Origin: an uncultured Chloroflexia bacterium
GTDB lineage: Bacteria; Chloroflexota; Limnocylindria; QHBO01
Direction of reading: 5' to 3'
Assembly: GCA_963840145.1 (NCBI GenBank)
Contig: CAWIXR010000002.1
Location: 325,666 to 389,665 of the forward strand
DNA length: 64,000 bases
The notes beneath the pieces are model-generated. The model had not been told where the DNA came from. It saw nothing but the letters and a program-made list of their open reading frames with translations, and did not search any database. Shown here in pieces: positions 10,057-18,924 of the stretch. The stretch's first letter is position 1. Each line of letters begins with the position of its first letter. A program made the translations under genes and the position numbers.

Positions 10057-10101
10057 TAGAATTCATCCCGTTACGTGATCGACCGGCATGACCCCTGCGA
10101 A

Positions 10102-10116
10102 GCATGAGGCGTGCCG
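10102..10116 (-). promoter_or_regulatory. Sigma54 (-24/-12) promoter candidate for the DPBB-Rpf operon
   Basis: CGGCACGCCTCATGC: GG-N10-GC. Confidence 0.55.
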
Positions 10117-10170
10117 GCGAGCGGCCACCCTAGCATCCGGGCAGAACGGTGTCGAGCGCGGGAGGTACCA

Positions 10171-11001
10171 GTGCCACGCAGGAAGAAGGAGCCCGAGCGC
10201 CGTCGCGGAGCGGTCGTCGTGCGCGGCAAGCCGCATGCTGCGGCGGGCGGCACCGAGGATCAGAAGCTCCTCCGCTCGAGCGGCCCGGCGGACGGATTCC
10301 AGGACACCGATACCTGGCGGACGCTGCGAATCATGGGCGAATTCGTCGAGGGTTTCGACGCCCTCGCCGAGATCGGTCCGGCGGTCAGCATCTTCGGATC
10401 GGCCCGCGTCGGCCGGCGCAACCGCTACTACGGCGCCGCCCGGCGCCTGGCCGCCGCGCTGGTCAAGGAGGGCTTCGCGATCATCACCGGCGGCGGCCCC
10501 GGCATCATGGAGGCGGCCAACCGCGGCGCGAAGGAGGCCGGAGGCCTCTCGATCGGCTGCAACATCGAGCTCCCGTTCGAGCAGGGCCTCAACGAGTACG
10601 TCGACCTCGGCATGGAGTTCCGCTACTTCTTCGTGCGCAAGATGATGTTCGTGAAGTACGCCGAGGGCTTCGTGATCTTCCCCGGCGGCTTCGGCACGCT
10701 CGACGAGCTCTTCGAGTCGCTGACCTTGATCCAGACCGGCAAGGTCGAGCACTTCCCGGTCGTCCTCTACGGCAAGGACTACTGGGACGGCATGATGCAG
10801 TGGATCCGCGACAAGCCGCTCTACGAGGAGAAGGTCAGCCCGGAGGACCTAGACCTGCTCACGATCACGAGCGACATCGACGAGGCATCCGACGCGATCA
10901 CGAAGCACTTCCGCTCGCGGGAGCGAGCGCAGACGGAGGCCGCCAGCCGCGCGGCGACGAAGCAGGCGGTCCAGCGAGCCGAGACCGGCAAGGGCCCCTG
11001 A
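10171..11001 (+). CDS. LOG family (TIGR00730) nucleotide phosphoribohydrolase
   Basis: TGGGPGIMEAANRGA and PGGFGTLDE motifs; GGAGG RBS before GTG. Confidence 0.9.
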   Translation: MPRRKKEPERRRGAVVVRGKPHAAAGGTEDQKLLRSSGPADGFQDTDTWRTLRIMGEFVEGFDALAEIGPAVSIFGSARVGRRNRYYGAARRLAAALVKEGFAIITGGGPGIMEAANRGAKEAGGLSIGCNIELPFEQGLNEYVDLGMEFRYFFVRKMMFVKYAEGFVIFPGGFGTLDELFESLTLIQTGKVEHFPVVLYGKDYWDGMMQWIRDKPLYEEKVSPEDLDLLTITSDIDEASDAITKHFRSRERAQTEAASRAATKQAVQRAETGKGP

Positions 11002-11014
11002 CCGCCGGGCCCGC

Positions 11015-11464
11015 TCAGCGAGGGCGGCCCTCGGCGAGGGTCGCGATCGACTTCGCGATCCGGCGCTGACGGGTCTCCTCGGTCTTCGCGCCCGTCACCT
11101 GCAGCACGTGCCACGACTTGTTGCTGTTCGACAGGGCGTCGAACGTGGCGCGCGCCTGCGGCTCCGCATCGAGCGCGGCGGCCAACTCGGCGGGGACGGC
11201 GACCTCGCGCTTCTCGGTGTCGAGCACGATGTCGACCTCGACCTCGTCGCTACCGGCCACGCCGGCCCCTGCACGGTTCTCGGCGCTCAGGCCGACCATC
11301 GGGGCGCCGTCGACGGTGGCCACGGTGGACCGATAGGTGTAGGCGCCGATCGTCACCCGCACCGGTGGCCGCCGTCCGGCGCCGAGCGCCTCCATCACCG
11401 CCTCGGGCACGACGATGCCGGTCGCGGTCTTGCCGCTCTGCACGACGGTGGTCCGGAACTTCAT
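11015..11464 (-). CDS. DUF1905/OmdA (YdeI/OmpD-associated) protein
   Basis: RPPVRVTIG.YTYRSTV, VPAELAAAL, AKTEETRQRRI. Confidence 0.85.
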   Translation of the reverse strand: MKFRTTVVQSGKTATGIVVPEAVMEALGAGRRPPVRVTIGAYTYRSTVATVDGAPMVGLSAENRAGAGVAGSDEVEVDIVLDTEKREVAVPAELAAALDAEPQARATFDALSNSNKSWHVLQVTGAKTEETRQRRIAKSIATLAEGRPR

Positions 11465-11522
11465 GGCGCTCCTCGCTGCGGGCGCCTGGAGGCGCGGTGC
11501 GATCGGGGCGTGAGTGCGACAG

Positions 11523-11599
11523 TGGCGGGCCCGACCGGATTCGAACCGGCGATCTCCAGCGTGACAGGCTGGCATGTTAGGCCGCTACACCACGGGCCC
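11523..11599 (-). tRNA. tRNA-Asp(GTC)
   Basis: Cloverleaf GGGCCCG...CGGGCCC-G-CCA; anticodon loop CTGTCAC; TTCGAAT T-loop. Confidence 0.97.
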
Positions 11600-11645
11600 G
11601 CGGGTCGGCGACGGGGCCGGAGCATAGCAGACATCCCCCGCCCCT

Positions 11646-12080
11646 TCAGGGCGCTCGCCGGCCCCGCACCTCGGCCACCAGGAGGGCTGTGACGAGGCCG
11701 TATGCGGCCAGCCCGAGGAGCGCCGCCGCGCACGCGACGAGGAACGAGGGTGCCCGGTCCGGGACCGTTACCGCGCTCGTCGCCGACGCCGCCGCAAGCG
11801 CCAGCAGCAGCGCCGACAGGGTCGCCGCGAGGAGGACCGCGGCGCTGCGGGCGAGGGGCACTCCGGCGCGCATGCCGATGACGACCACCGCGTGGGCGAC
11901 CCCCACCGCGAGCACCCCGGCCGCCACGGCGACCACCGCCCCACCGAGCGCGGCGAGGTCGATCGGCAGCGGCGGGAGAACGCGCTGGAGGCCGGTCGTG
12001 CCGAGCAGGCCGATTCCGATCCCGACGGTGCCCACGACGAGCCAGACGATGGCGCCGGCCAGCAGCACGGTGCGGGCCAT
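11646..12080 (-). CDS. Hypothetical 4-TM membrane protein
   Basis: Four hydrophobic segments; follows the upstream membrane gene by 5 nt. Confidence 0.6.
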   Translation of the reverse strand: MARTVLLAGAIVWLVVGTVGIGIGLLGTTGLQRVLPPLPIDLAALGGAVVAVAAGVLAVGVAHAVVVIGMRAGVPLARSAAVLLAATLSALLLALAAASATSAVTVPDRAPSFLVACAAALLGLAAYGLVTALLVAEVRGRRAP

Positions 12081-12085
12081 CGGCC

Positions 12086-12574
12086 CTAGCGGTGTGGGCG
12101 AAGGAACAGCAGCGCGGCGACGCCGAAGACGAGCGTCGCGATCGTCAGCGCGATGGCCAGCACGGTGTCGGCCGGCGGAGTGATCGTCACGAGCACCGTC
12201 CCGAGCGCCGACAGTCCCGCCGCGAGCGCCGCCAGGACGCCGGTGAGGAGCCGTGCCCCGCGAGCGTTGGCGATCACGCCCAGGCCACCCGCGGTCAGGC
12301 CGCCGCCGAGCAGGACGGCGCCGATCCCAAAGATGAGCGGCACGACGCCGTACGAGGCGATGTCCGGCGGCGGGTCGCCGCCGAAGCGCACGCCGAGCGT
12401 CAGGGCCAGCGCGATGATCCCGATCCCGGTGATCACGAGCGCCACGCCACCGACGATGACCGCCAGGGTCGCGACGGCCGTCGCGTCTCCGAGGTGCTCC
12501 GGGGCGAGGGCGTGCGAGCCGCGTCGCCGGACGCTGGAGACGGATGCGGCGCGGATCGTTCGTTGGTTGCTCAT
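12086..12574 (-). CDS. Hypothetical 4-TM membrane protein
   Basis: Four hydrophobic segments; TACAAT -10 upstream. Confidence 0.6.
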   Translation of the reverse strand: MSNQRTIRAASVSSVRRRGSHALAPEHLGDATAVATLAVIVGGVALVITGIGIIALALTLGVRFGGDPPPDIASYGVVPLIFGIGAVLLGGGLTAGGLGVIANARGARLLTGVLAALAAGLSALGTVLVTITPPADTVLAIALTIATLVFGVAALLFLRPHR

Positions 12575-12634
12575 CGGCGACGGATTGTACGCGCACGGCT
12601 GAATCCGCTCCAGCGGCACCTATACTCGCGCCGG

Positions 12635-13678
12635 ATGTCGTTCAAGCTGCCCCCGGATCCGCAGACCGAGCGCCGGACCCGCATCGCGCAGCGGGTCAGC
12701 TTTGCCTTCGCCACGCTGTTGGTCGTCCTGCTGGCCTACCTCGGCTACGTCGGCTACGAGGGCTCGCGCCAGCTGACCGACGCCCCCAACGACTCGACTG
12801 ACTGCCGCACCCCCGCGGCCCTCGGCTGGACCTACGAGCCCCTCAACTACCCGCCCGAGACCGATGCCGCCCTCGAGGCCGAGGCGGACCCGAAGGACTG
12901 CGCCGCGCAGGGGGCCGCGGCGGGCGACGCGCTCACCTCTGCCGACGGGACGCGGCTGGCCGGCTGGTACGTGCCGTCTGGCTCGGGTACTGGGCCGACC
13001 GGCCCGACGGTGATCCTCGTCCACGGCTGGGGCAGCAACAAGAGCGCGCTGCTCGATCGCGCCGCGCTCCTCCACGATCGGTACAACCTCGTCCTCCTCG
13101 ACCTGCGCAACCACGGCCAGAGCGAGGCGGCGCCGACGACCCAGGGCGTCCGCGAGGCCGATGACGTCGAGGCGGTCGTGGACTGGCTCGAGTCGGCGAA
13201 GGCGCCGGAGCAGATCGCGATGGTCGGCGTCTCGATGGGCGGCGTGACCGCACTCAACGAGGCCGACGACGACCTGCGCATCGACGCGGTTGTGATCGAG
13301 TCGACCCACGCGACGATGGGCAACGCCACGCAGGCGCGGCTCGACGTCGCCGGCTACCCGCTCTCCCTGCCCGGCAGCTGGGCGATCCTGCTGGGAACGC
13401 TCATCCGCACCGGCGAGGACGTCAGCAGCGCCGATGCGGTCCAGGCGATCACGCGGCTCGACGACCGGCCCGTGCTGATCATCTCCGGCGGGCTGGACGA
13501 GACGATCGGCGAGAACGATGCCGGGGACCTGCTGGCCGCCGCGGAGGAGGCCCACACGCCCGCCGAGCTCCACGTCTGCGAGGAGGGCGGGCACGCCGAC
13601 TCGCTCGAGACCTGCCCGGAGTCCTATCCGGGCTGGATGCTAGGCTTCCTCGAGCGCGTCCTGGCACCGCCAGGCTGA
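12635..13678 (+). CDS. Membrane-anchored alpha/beta hydrolase
   Basis: VHGWG, DLRNHGQS, GVSMGG, D-E-T-I, GGH triad motifs. Confidence 0.85.
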   Translation: MSFKLPPDPQTERRTRIAQRVSFAFATLLVVLLAYLGYVGYEGSRQLTDAPNDSTDCRTPAALGWTYEPLNYPPETDAALEAEADPKDCAAQGAAAGDALTSADGTRLAGWYVPSGSGTGPTGPTVILVHGWGSNKSALLDRAALLHDRYNLVLLDLRNHGQSEAAPTTQGVREADDVEAVVDWLESAKAPEQIAMVGVSMGGVTALNEADDDLRIDAVVIESTHATMGNATQARLDVAGYPLSLPGSWAILLGTLIRTGEDVSSADAVQAITRLDDRPVLIISGGLDETIGENDAGDLLAAAEEAHTPAELHVCEEGGHADSLETCPESYPGWMLGFLERVLAPPG

Positions 13679-13760
13679 CGCGCGCATCCCCGCCCAGTCA
13701 GACACCGATCGCGTCGCCGACCGCCCCGGCAGGACGCGGAATGCCGCGAGGTAGCAGACC

Positions 13761-15395
13761 GTGACCCTGGCTCCCACCGACGTCGACACCCGTTTCGACC
13801 GCACGATCGACCGCTGGTTCCGCGACCGGCTGGCCCTCAGCCCCGAGATCGCCACCTTCCTCGGGCTGCACGACCATGACGGAGACCTCGCGCCCGGCGG
13901 CCGCGACGGCATCGACGAGGAGATCGCCTTCTCGCGCCGCACGATCGACGAGCTCTCCGCGATGGACACGAGCGAGCTGAGCGCGGACCGTGCGCTCGAC
14001 CGCGACCTGGCCATCCACCAGGCCCGTCTCGGTCTCCACTGGCTGACCGAATACCGGCCGTGGGCCGCCTCGTCGGGCGCGGCTGAGCACATCGGCGAGG
14101 CGCTGTTCCCGCTCTTCACGCGGGACTTTGCGCCGCTCGCCGAGCGGCTCGAGAGCATGGTCTCGCGGCTCGAGAAGGCGCCCGGCTACATCGCGGAGAC
14201 GCGCGACCGCGTCACCGATCCAGTCAAGCTGTGGACGGAGATCGACCTCGAGTCGACCCAGCAGCTGCCGTCCTTCCTCGACACGATCGTGGCGGCCGCG
14301 CGTGCCGAGGGAGCGGAGGAGGGGCTGACCCAGCGCCTCTCATCGGCCTCCGACACGGTGAAGGCCGCGCTCGAGGAGCACGCCGCGTGGCTGCGCAACG
14401 ACGTCCTGCCGCGCGCCGACGCCGACTGGAAGGCCGGCCCGGAGCGCTTCGAGGAGATGGTCCGTCTCCGCGAGCTCGAAGCCGATGGCGACGAGATCCT
14501 CGCCGTCGGCGAGGAGCTGCTCGTGTCGGAGAAGGCGGCGCGGAACGCCCTGCACGACGAGATCGAGCCGGGCGCATCGGCCGAGCAGGTGGCCGACGCT
14601 GTCAAGGACGACCACGCCGCGACGTTTGCCGAGGCGCTCGAGGAGTACCGGGCCACGATGGCGCGGTCGCGCGCCTTCGTCGTCGAGCATGGGCTGGCCA
14701 CGCCGCCGGAGGAGGACCACCTCAGCATCATCGAGACGCCGTCGTTCGTCCGGCACCTCATCCCCTTCGCGGCGTACTACTCGCCGGCGAAGTTCGACCC
14801 GACGCCGGTCGGCACCTACATCGTCACCCCGCCGAGCACGCCGGAGATGATGCGCGAGCACAACCGCGCCTCGATCAGCAACACCAGCGTCCACGAGGCC
14901 TACCCGGGCCACCACCTCCAACTGTCCGCGGCGGTGACGAACCCGAGCCTCGTGCGCCTCTTCTCCGGCGCCCCCGAGTTCGCCGAGGGCTGGGCCTTCT
15001 ACTGCGAGCGGATGATGAAGGAGGCAGGCTTCGACGACACCCCGAAGGGCTGGTACATCGTCCACACCGATGCGATCTGGCGCGCCACGCGGATCATCCT
15101 CGACGTCCAGCTCCATCGCGGGCTCATCGGCTTCGACGACGCGGTCGACCGGCTGGTGGCCGAGACCGGGTTCGAGCGGCCGGCCGCCCTGGCCGAGGTG
15201 AAGCGCTACACCTCGACCCCGACGTACCAGCTCTCGTACCTGTTCGGGCGCCACATGATCGAGAAGCTCAAGGCCGATGTGCAGGCGCGTCAGGGCGCCG
15301 ACTTCGACCTTCGCCGCTTCCACGACACACTGCTCTACGGCGGGACGATGCCGGTTTCGTACGCGCGTCGCCTCTTCGAGACGAACGGCCGATGA
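13761..15395 (+). CDS. DUF885 family protein (zincin-like)
   Basis: HEAYPGHHLQ, FAEGWAFYCE, PTYQLSY.FG motifs. Confidence 0.88.
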   Translation: MTLAPTDVDTRFDRTIDRWFRDRLALSPEIATFLGLHDHDGDLAPGGRDGIDEEIAFSRRTIDELSAMDTSELSADRALDRDLAIHQARLGLHWLTEYRPWAASSGAAEHIGEALFPLFTRDFAPLAERLESMVSRLEKAPGYIAETRDRVTDPVKLWTEIDLESTQQLPSFLDTIVAAARAEGAEEGLTQRLSSASDTVKAALEEHAAWLRNDVLPRADADWKAGPERFEEMVRLRELEADGDEILAVGEELLVSEKAARNALHDEIEPGASAEQVADAVKDDHAATFAEALEEYRATMARSRAFVVEHGLATPPEEDHLSIIETPSFVRHLIPFAAYYSPAKFDPTPVGTYIVTPPSTPEMMREHNRASISNTSVHEAYPGHHLQLSAAVTNPSLVRLFSGAPEFAEGWAFYCERMMKEAGFDDTPKGWYIVHTDAIWRATRIILDVQLHRGLIGFDDAVDRLVAETGFERPAALAEVKRYTSTPTYQLSYLFGRHMIEKLKADVQARQGADFDLRRFHDTLLYGGTMPVSYARRLFETNGR

Positions 15396-16060
15396 GCCCG
15401 CGCATCGCCCTGGCGACAGCGCTGGTCGTCGTCCTGGCCGCGTGCGGCGCGGAGCCGACACCGACGCCGCAACCGGCCTGCCCGACCGAGCCGCCGACCG
15501 CGGTCTCGGCGCAGGCGACGCTCGAGGACGCAGCGCTGGCGACGGTCACCGTCAGCGGTGCCGTCGAGGGCGAGTTCGCCTTCGAGCTGTACCGGGACCA
15601 AGCGCCGATCGCCACCGCTAACTTCGTCGCCCTCGCGCGGTGCGGCTTCTACGACGGGATCTGGTTCCACCGTATCCTCGCCGGCTTCGTCATCCAGGCC
15701 GGCGACCCGGGGACCATCGGCCAGTCCGGCGACTTCCCGGGCCTGGGCAGGGGTGGGGCCGGCTATGGCTTCGAGATCGAGCCCCCGGCGGAGGACCTCT
15801 CCTACGTTCCCTACTCGGTGGCGATGGCGAACGACAAGCAGACCAACGACAGCCAGTTCTTCATCTCGCTCGTCGATCTCACCGATGGCCTTGAGCGCCT
15901 CTACACCATCTTCGGCCAGGTCGTTTCCGGGACCGAAGTGGTCGACGCGATCGCCACGGTGCCGGTCAACGACCCGCGCGTCGGGGTGCCGCTCGAGCTC
16001 GTGACGATCGAGTCGATCGTCATCTCCGGGGCATCGGAGCCGGCTGATTCGGGCGAATAG
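15392..16060 (+). CDS. Cyclophilin-type peptidyl-prolyl isomerase, lipoprotein
   Basis: LAAC lipobox; APIATANF..LA..GFYDG..FHRI..GFVIQAGDP; SQFFI. Confidence 0.9.
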   Translation: MSPRIALATALVVVLAACGAEPTPTPQPACPTEPPTAVSAQATLEDAALATVTVSGAVEGEFAFELYRDQAPIATANFVALARCGFYDGIWFHRILAGFVIQAGDPGTIGQSGDFPGLGRGGAGYGFEIEPPAEDLSYVPYSVAMANDKQTNDSQFFISLVDLTDGLERLYTIFGQVVSGTEVVDAIATVPVNDPRVGVPLELVTIESIVISGASEPADSGE

Positions 16061-16119
16061 GGCTTCTATCGGCCGCCAAAGCGCTTTGCAATGTAAAGGA
16101 AACTAAACCTCAGGAAGTC

Positions 16120-16148
16120 TTGTCCAAACGGAACAGGCGGTCTATTCT
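16120..16148 (+). promoter_or_regulatory. Sigma70-type promoter
   Basis: TTGTCC-N17-TATTCT in an AT-rich intergenic stretch. Confidence 0.6.
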
Positions 16149-16154
16149 GACGGT

Positions 16155-16297
16155 GCTGTTCGCACAGCGATTCACTACTGATCGCAAGGCCATGGGTAGG
16201 TTAGGGTTAGGGTAGTGCGGGAAACCGTGCGTGAAAGATGCCCTTGTGATTAGCGAATCCGGCAGCAATGAAGGCCCCCGCTTCGGCGGGGGCCTTC
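16155..16297 (+). ncRNA. Putative structured non-coding RNA of unknown class
   Basis: Own promoter; 5' hairpin, long stem (16178-16189 with 16242-16253), GAAA-tetraloop hairpin, G-rich loop, closing UUCG hairpin; no credible ORF. Confidence 0.55.
16270..16297 (+). terminator. Strong hairpin (terminator/processing stem)
   Basis: GAAGGCCCCCG-C-TTCG-G-CGGGGGCCTTC; weak U-tail. Confidence 0.6.
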
Positions 16298-16318
16298 GTC
16301 TATCATCGGTCTCTCGTG

Positions 16319-16394
16319 GCGCCTGTAGCTCAGTGGATAGAGCGTCGGCCTCCGGAGCCGAAGGTCGCAGGTTCGAATCCTGTCGGGCGCGCCA
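16319..16394 (+). tRNA. tRNA-Arg(CCG)
   Basis: GCGCCTG acceptor stem, anticodon loop CTCCGGA, TTCGAAT, 3' CCA. Confidence 0.97.
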
Positions 16395-16451
16395 TCTCTT
16401 CGGCGGCCTTCTCGCCGCTGATCAGCCGGTCGTCGAGGTCGGCCACGTCCG

Positions 16452-17321
16452 TCATGGTCCGCGACCGGGCAAGCCCTCGGCGTCCTGCTCGACGACGACG
16501 TTGCGGCTGGGCAGGCCGATCCCGGTCTCGCTGAACGCGGCGAGCAGCCGGCGCCGCAGCTCGCCGGTCACCGCCCACTGCTCGCCCGCCTGCACCTTGC
16601 CGAGGACCTTGATCGACATCCCGATCTCGCCGAATGCCTCGACACGGACGGCCTCCGGTGCCTCGATGACGCGATCGGCCCAGTCCGGATCGGCGGCCAG
16701 GGCGGCGCCCACCTCGCCGATGAGCGCCATCGCGCGCTCGACGTCGGCGTCGTAGGCGATCGGCATGTCGAGGTTGATGCCGCCGTAGCCGCGCGTTCGG
16801 TTCGATGCGATGCGGATCTCGCCGTTCGAGACGATGTGCAGGGTGCCGTCGGCGTCGCGTAGCTTCGTCCGACGCAGGCTGAAGTCCTCGACGGTCCCGC
16901 CGACCTGCCCGACGCCGATGACGTCGCCCACGTAGAAGTGGTTCTCGAGCAGGATGACCATTCCGGCCAGGTAGTCGCGCACGAAGTCCTGCCCGGCGAA
17001 CGCGACCGCGGCCAGCACGAGCCCGAGCCCCGCGATAACCGGGCCGAGGTTCAGCACGCCGAGGACGAGGATGACGACGAGCAGAAGGACGACGAATCGG
17101 ATCGTCGACATCGCCAGCGTCTCGACGGTGTCGACGCGCTTCTGGACCTCCGTTGCGGTCAGCCGCTCCGTCGAGCCCGGCTGCGTCTGGCCCTCGAAGA
17201 CACGATGGAGCACCCGGCGGATCGGCGCCCTCGCGAATCGCAGGACGAGGAGCCCGGCGACGATGATGGCGATGATCCAGAGGGCATCGTCTCGAACCTG
17301 ATCGAGGAGCTGCTCGTCCAC
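16452..17321 (-). CDS. Small-conductance mechanosensitive channel (MscS family)
   Basis: 3 TM, AGQDFVRDYLAG, VGDVI, GTVE..SLR.T.LRD.DG..H.V.NG. Confidence 0.9.
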   Translation of the reverse strand: MDEQLLDQVRDDALWIIAIIVAGLLVLRFARAPIRRVLHRVFEGQTQPGSTERLTATEVQKRVDTVETLAMSTIRFVVLLLVVILVLGVLNLGPVIAGLGLVLAAVAFAGQDFVRDYLAGMVILLENHFYVGDVIGVGQVGGTVEDFSLRRTKLRDADGTLHIVSNGEIRIASNRTRGYGGINLDMPIAYDADVERAMALIGEVGAALAADPDWADRVIEAPEAVRVEAFGEIGMSIKVLGKVQAGEQWAVTGELRRRLLAAFSETGIGLPSRNVVVEQDAEGLPGRGP

Positions 17322-17353
17322 CGTGCAAGCCTACCCAATGGCATCATCGGTCC

Positions 17354-18373
17354 ATGCAGGAGATGCGCGCCGCAGGTGGACTGCGGCGCCGAGACCGAAT
17401 CGCCCGAGAGGCCGATGAAGAGCGCCTCGGCCCGGACGCAACGCGATCGGCCGCGAGCCGCGGCCGGGAGCGGCCGGAGGCCCCCGACGAGTACCGCACC
17501 GCCTTCGAGCGCGACCGGGACAGGATCATCCACGCGAAGGCGTTCCGACGGCTGAAGCACAAGACGCAGGTCTTCCTGAACCCGGAGGGCGACCACTTCG
17601 TGACGCGCCTCACGCACACGATGCAGGTCACCCAGGTGGCGCGGTCGCTGGCGGCGGCGCTCAGCCTGAACGAGCCGCTCGCCGAGGCGATCGCCCTCGG
17701 CCACGACGTCGGCCACTCGCCGTTCGGGCACACCGGCGAGGACGCGCTCTCACCGTTCTTCCCGCCCGACGGCTGGCACCACGCCGCGCAGAGCGTCCGG
17801 ATCTGGGAGGTGCTGGAGGACGCGAACCTGACCTGGGAGGTGCGCGACGGGATCCGTGCCCACTCCTGGAAGATCTCGCCGCCGCCCGCCACCGCGGAGG
17901 CGTTCTGCGTCCGCTTCGCCGACCGGATCGCCTACCTTGCGCACGACGCCCTCGACGCCCTTCGCGCGGGCGTGCTTCGGCCGGACGCGTTTCCGCCGGC
18001 GGTGATCGGGCGATTCGGCCAGCCCGGCCGCGAGTGGGTCGGGGGGATGATCGGCGCGGTCATCGACGAGAGCCTGCGGACCGGCGCGCTGCGGATGGAC
18101 GAGGCGGACCTGGCCGTGATGAACGAGCTGCGCGACTTCATGTTCGCGCGCGTCTACAACGCCCCCGACCAGCTCCGCCAGCAGCAGCAGGCCGTGGCGA
18201 TCATCCGCGACCTGATGGAATGGCACCTCGCGCATCCCGAGGAGATCCCTGACTCGTTCCGGCGCGACGGCGCGCCGGCCGAGCAGCAGGCGGCCGACTA
18301 CGTCGCCGGGATGACCGATCGGTTCGCTCTCGCGACACACGACCGCCTATTCAGGCCAACGCTGAACCTCTAG
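17354..18373 (+). CDS. dgt: dGTP triphosphohydrolase-like HD protein
   Basis: RDRDRIIHAKAFRRLKHKTQV, TRLTHT, HDVGHSPFGHTGE, DYVAGMTD. Confidence 0.92.
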   Translation: MQEMRAAGGLRRRDRIAREADEERLGPDATRSAASRGRERPEAPDEYRTAFERDRDRIIHAKAFRRLKHKTQVFLNPEGDHFVTRLTHTMQVTQVARSLAAALSLNEPLAEAIALGHDVGHSPFGHTGEDALSPFFPPDGWHHAAQSVRIWEVLEDANLTWEVRDGIRAHSWKISPPPATAEAFCVRFADRIAYLAHDALDALRAGVLRPDAFPPAVIGRFGQPGREWVGGMIGAVIDESLRTGALRMDEADLAVMNELRDFMFARVYNAPDQLRQQQQAVAIIRDLMEWHLAHPEEIPDSFRRDGAPAEQQAADYVAGMTDRFALATHDRLFRPTLNL

Positions 18374-18394
18374 CCGCGAGGGCCGCGCCTTCGG

Positions 18395-18802
18395 TCAGAG
18401 TGTGCTCGCGTCGTCGACCCTCCCGAATGCCGCCTTGACCTCGCCGGAGTTCATGTACAGGAGGATCAGCACGGGCATGATCGCCGCACTGAACCCGACC
18501 CCGGTGCCCGGGTACTCGAGGAACCAGAGGAAGGCCTCGAACAGGGCGAAGCCCGCGACGATGATCGTGAACGTCCAGGCCCACGGCTGGAGCGACCAGA
18601 GACCGCCCGCGGCGAGCAGCCACGCGATCCCGGCGCCAATGGCGAGCCAGGCCCACAGCCCTGTCTGCTCGTACGCCGGAAGGTCGCCGAGGGCGCCGAA
18701 CCAGTCGAAGCCGAGGAGTCGAAGGCCAAGGTAGAGCCAGTAGAAGCCGGCCAGGGCCGCGAAGAACCCGATGACCGACACGAGAATGGGCGGATTCCGC
18801 AT
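18395..18802 (-). CDS. Hypothetical 4-TM membrane protein
   Basis: Hydrophobic segments, GLWSLQPWAW motif; GAGGGAG RBS. Confidence 0.65.
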   Translation of the reverse strand: MRNPPILVSVIGFFAALAGFYWLYLGLRLLGFDWFGALGDLPAYEQTGLWAWLAIGAGIAWLLAAGGLWSLQPWAWTFTIIVAGFALFEAFLWFLEYPGTGVGFSAAIMPVLILLYMNSGEVKAAFGRVDDASTL

Positions 18803-18924
18803 CAAAGAAGCTCCCTCGAAGGATGACGGTGATTGACAAGACGATTAGTGAGCCGTGCACGCGGCACGGCATCACCCAACCTGCATGATACCGGCAGGGC
18901 CGGTGAGCATGGGCCGAGGAACCG

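Noticed and set aside
7252-10059. 935-aa plus-strand ORF and many other long overlapping ORFs (for example 26971-28713, 35923-37293, 39578-41344)
   Set aside because: Antisense or off-frame shadows of genes with clear motifs; expected in high-GC DNA with few stop codons.
10057-10170. c-di-AMP (ydaO) riboswitch ahead of the Rpf operon
   Set aside because: Common for actinobacterial rpf genes, but the GCTGAATCC / GAACCCGTCAGCTAACC signatures are absent and the gap is too short.
16155-16297. Assignment of the ncRNA as 6S, SRP RNA or a T-box; also the 16231-16755 ORF
   Set aside because: No SRP domain IV or T-box motif, and it is shorter than and unlike the 6S central-bubble rod (not fully excluded). 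The ORF runs through a strong hairpin and the tRNA.
11523-16394. tRNA genes as integration sites of a mobile element
   Set aside because: No integrase or transposase, and no duplicated tRNA 3' end was noticed in the window.
18855-18872. Sigma54-like site upstream of the 18802 gene (TGCCGTGCCGCGTGC)
   Set aside because: Lacks the invariant GG at -24.
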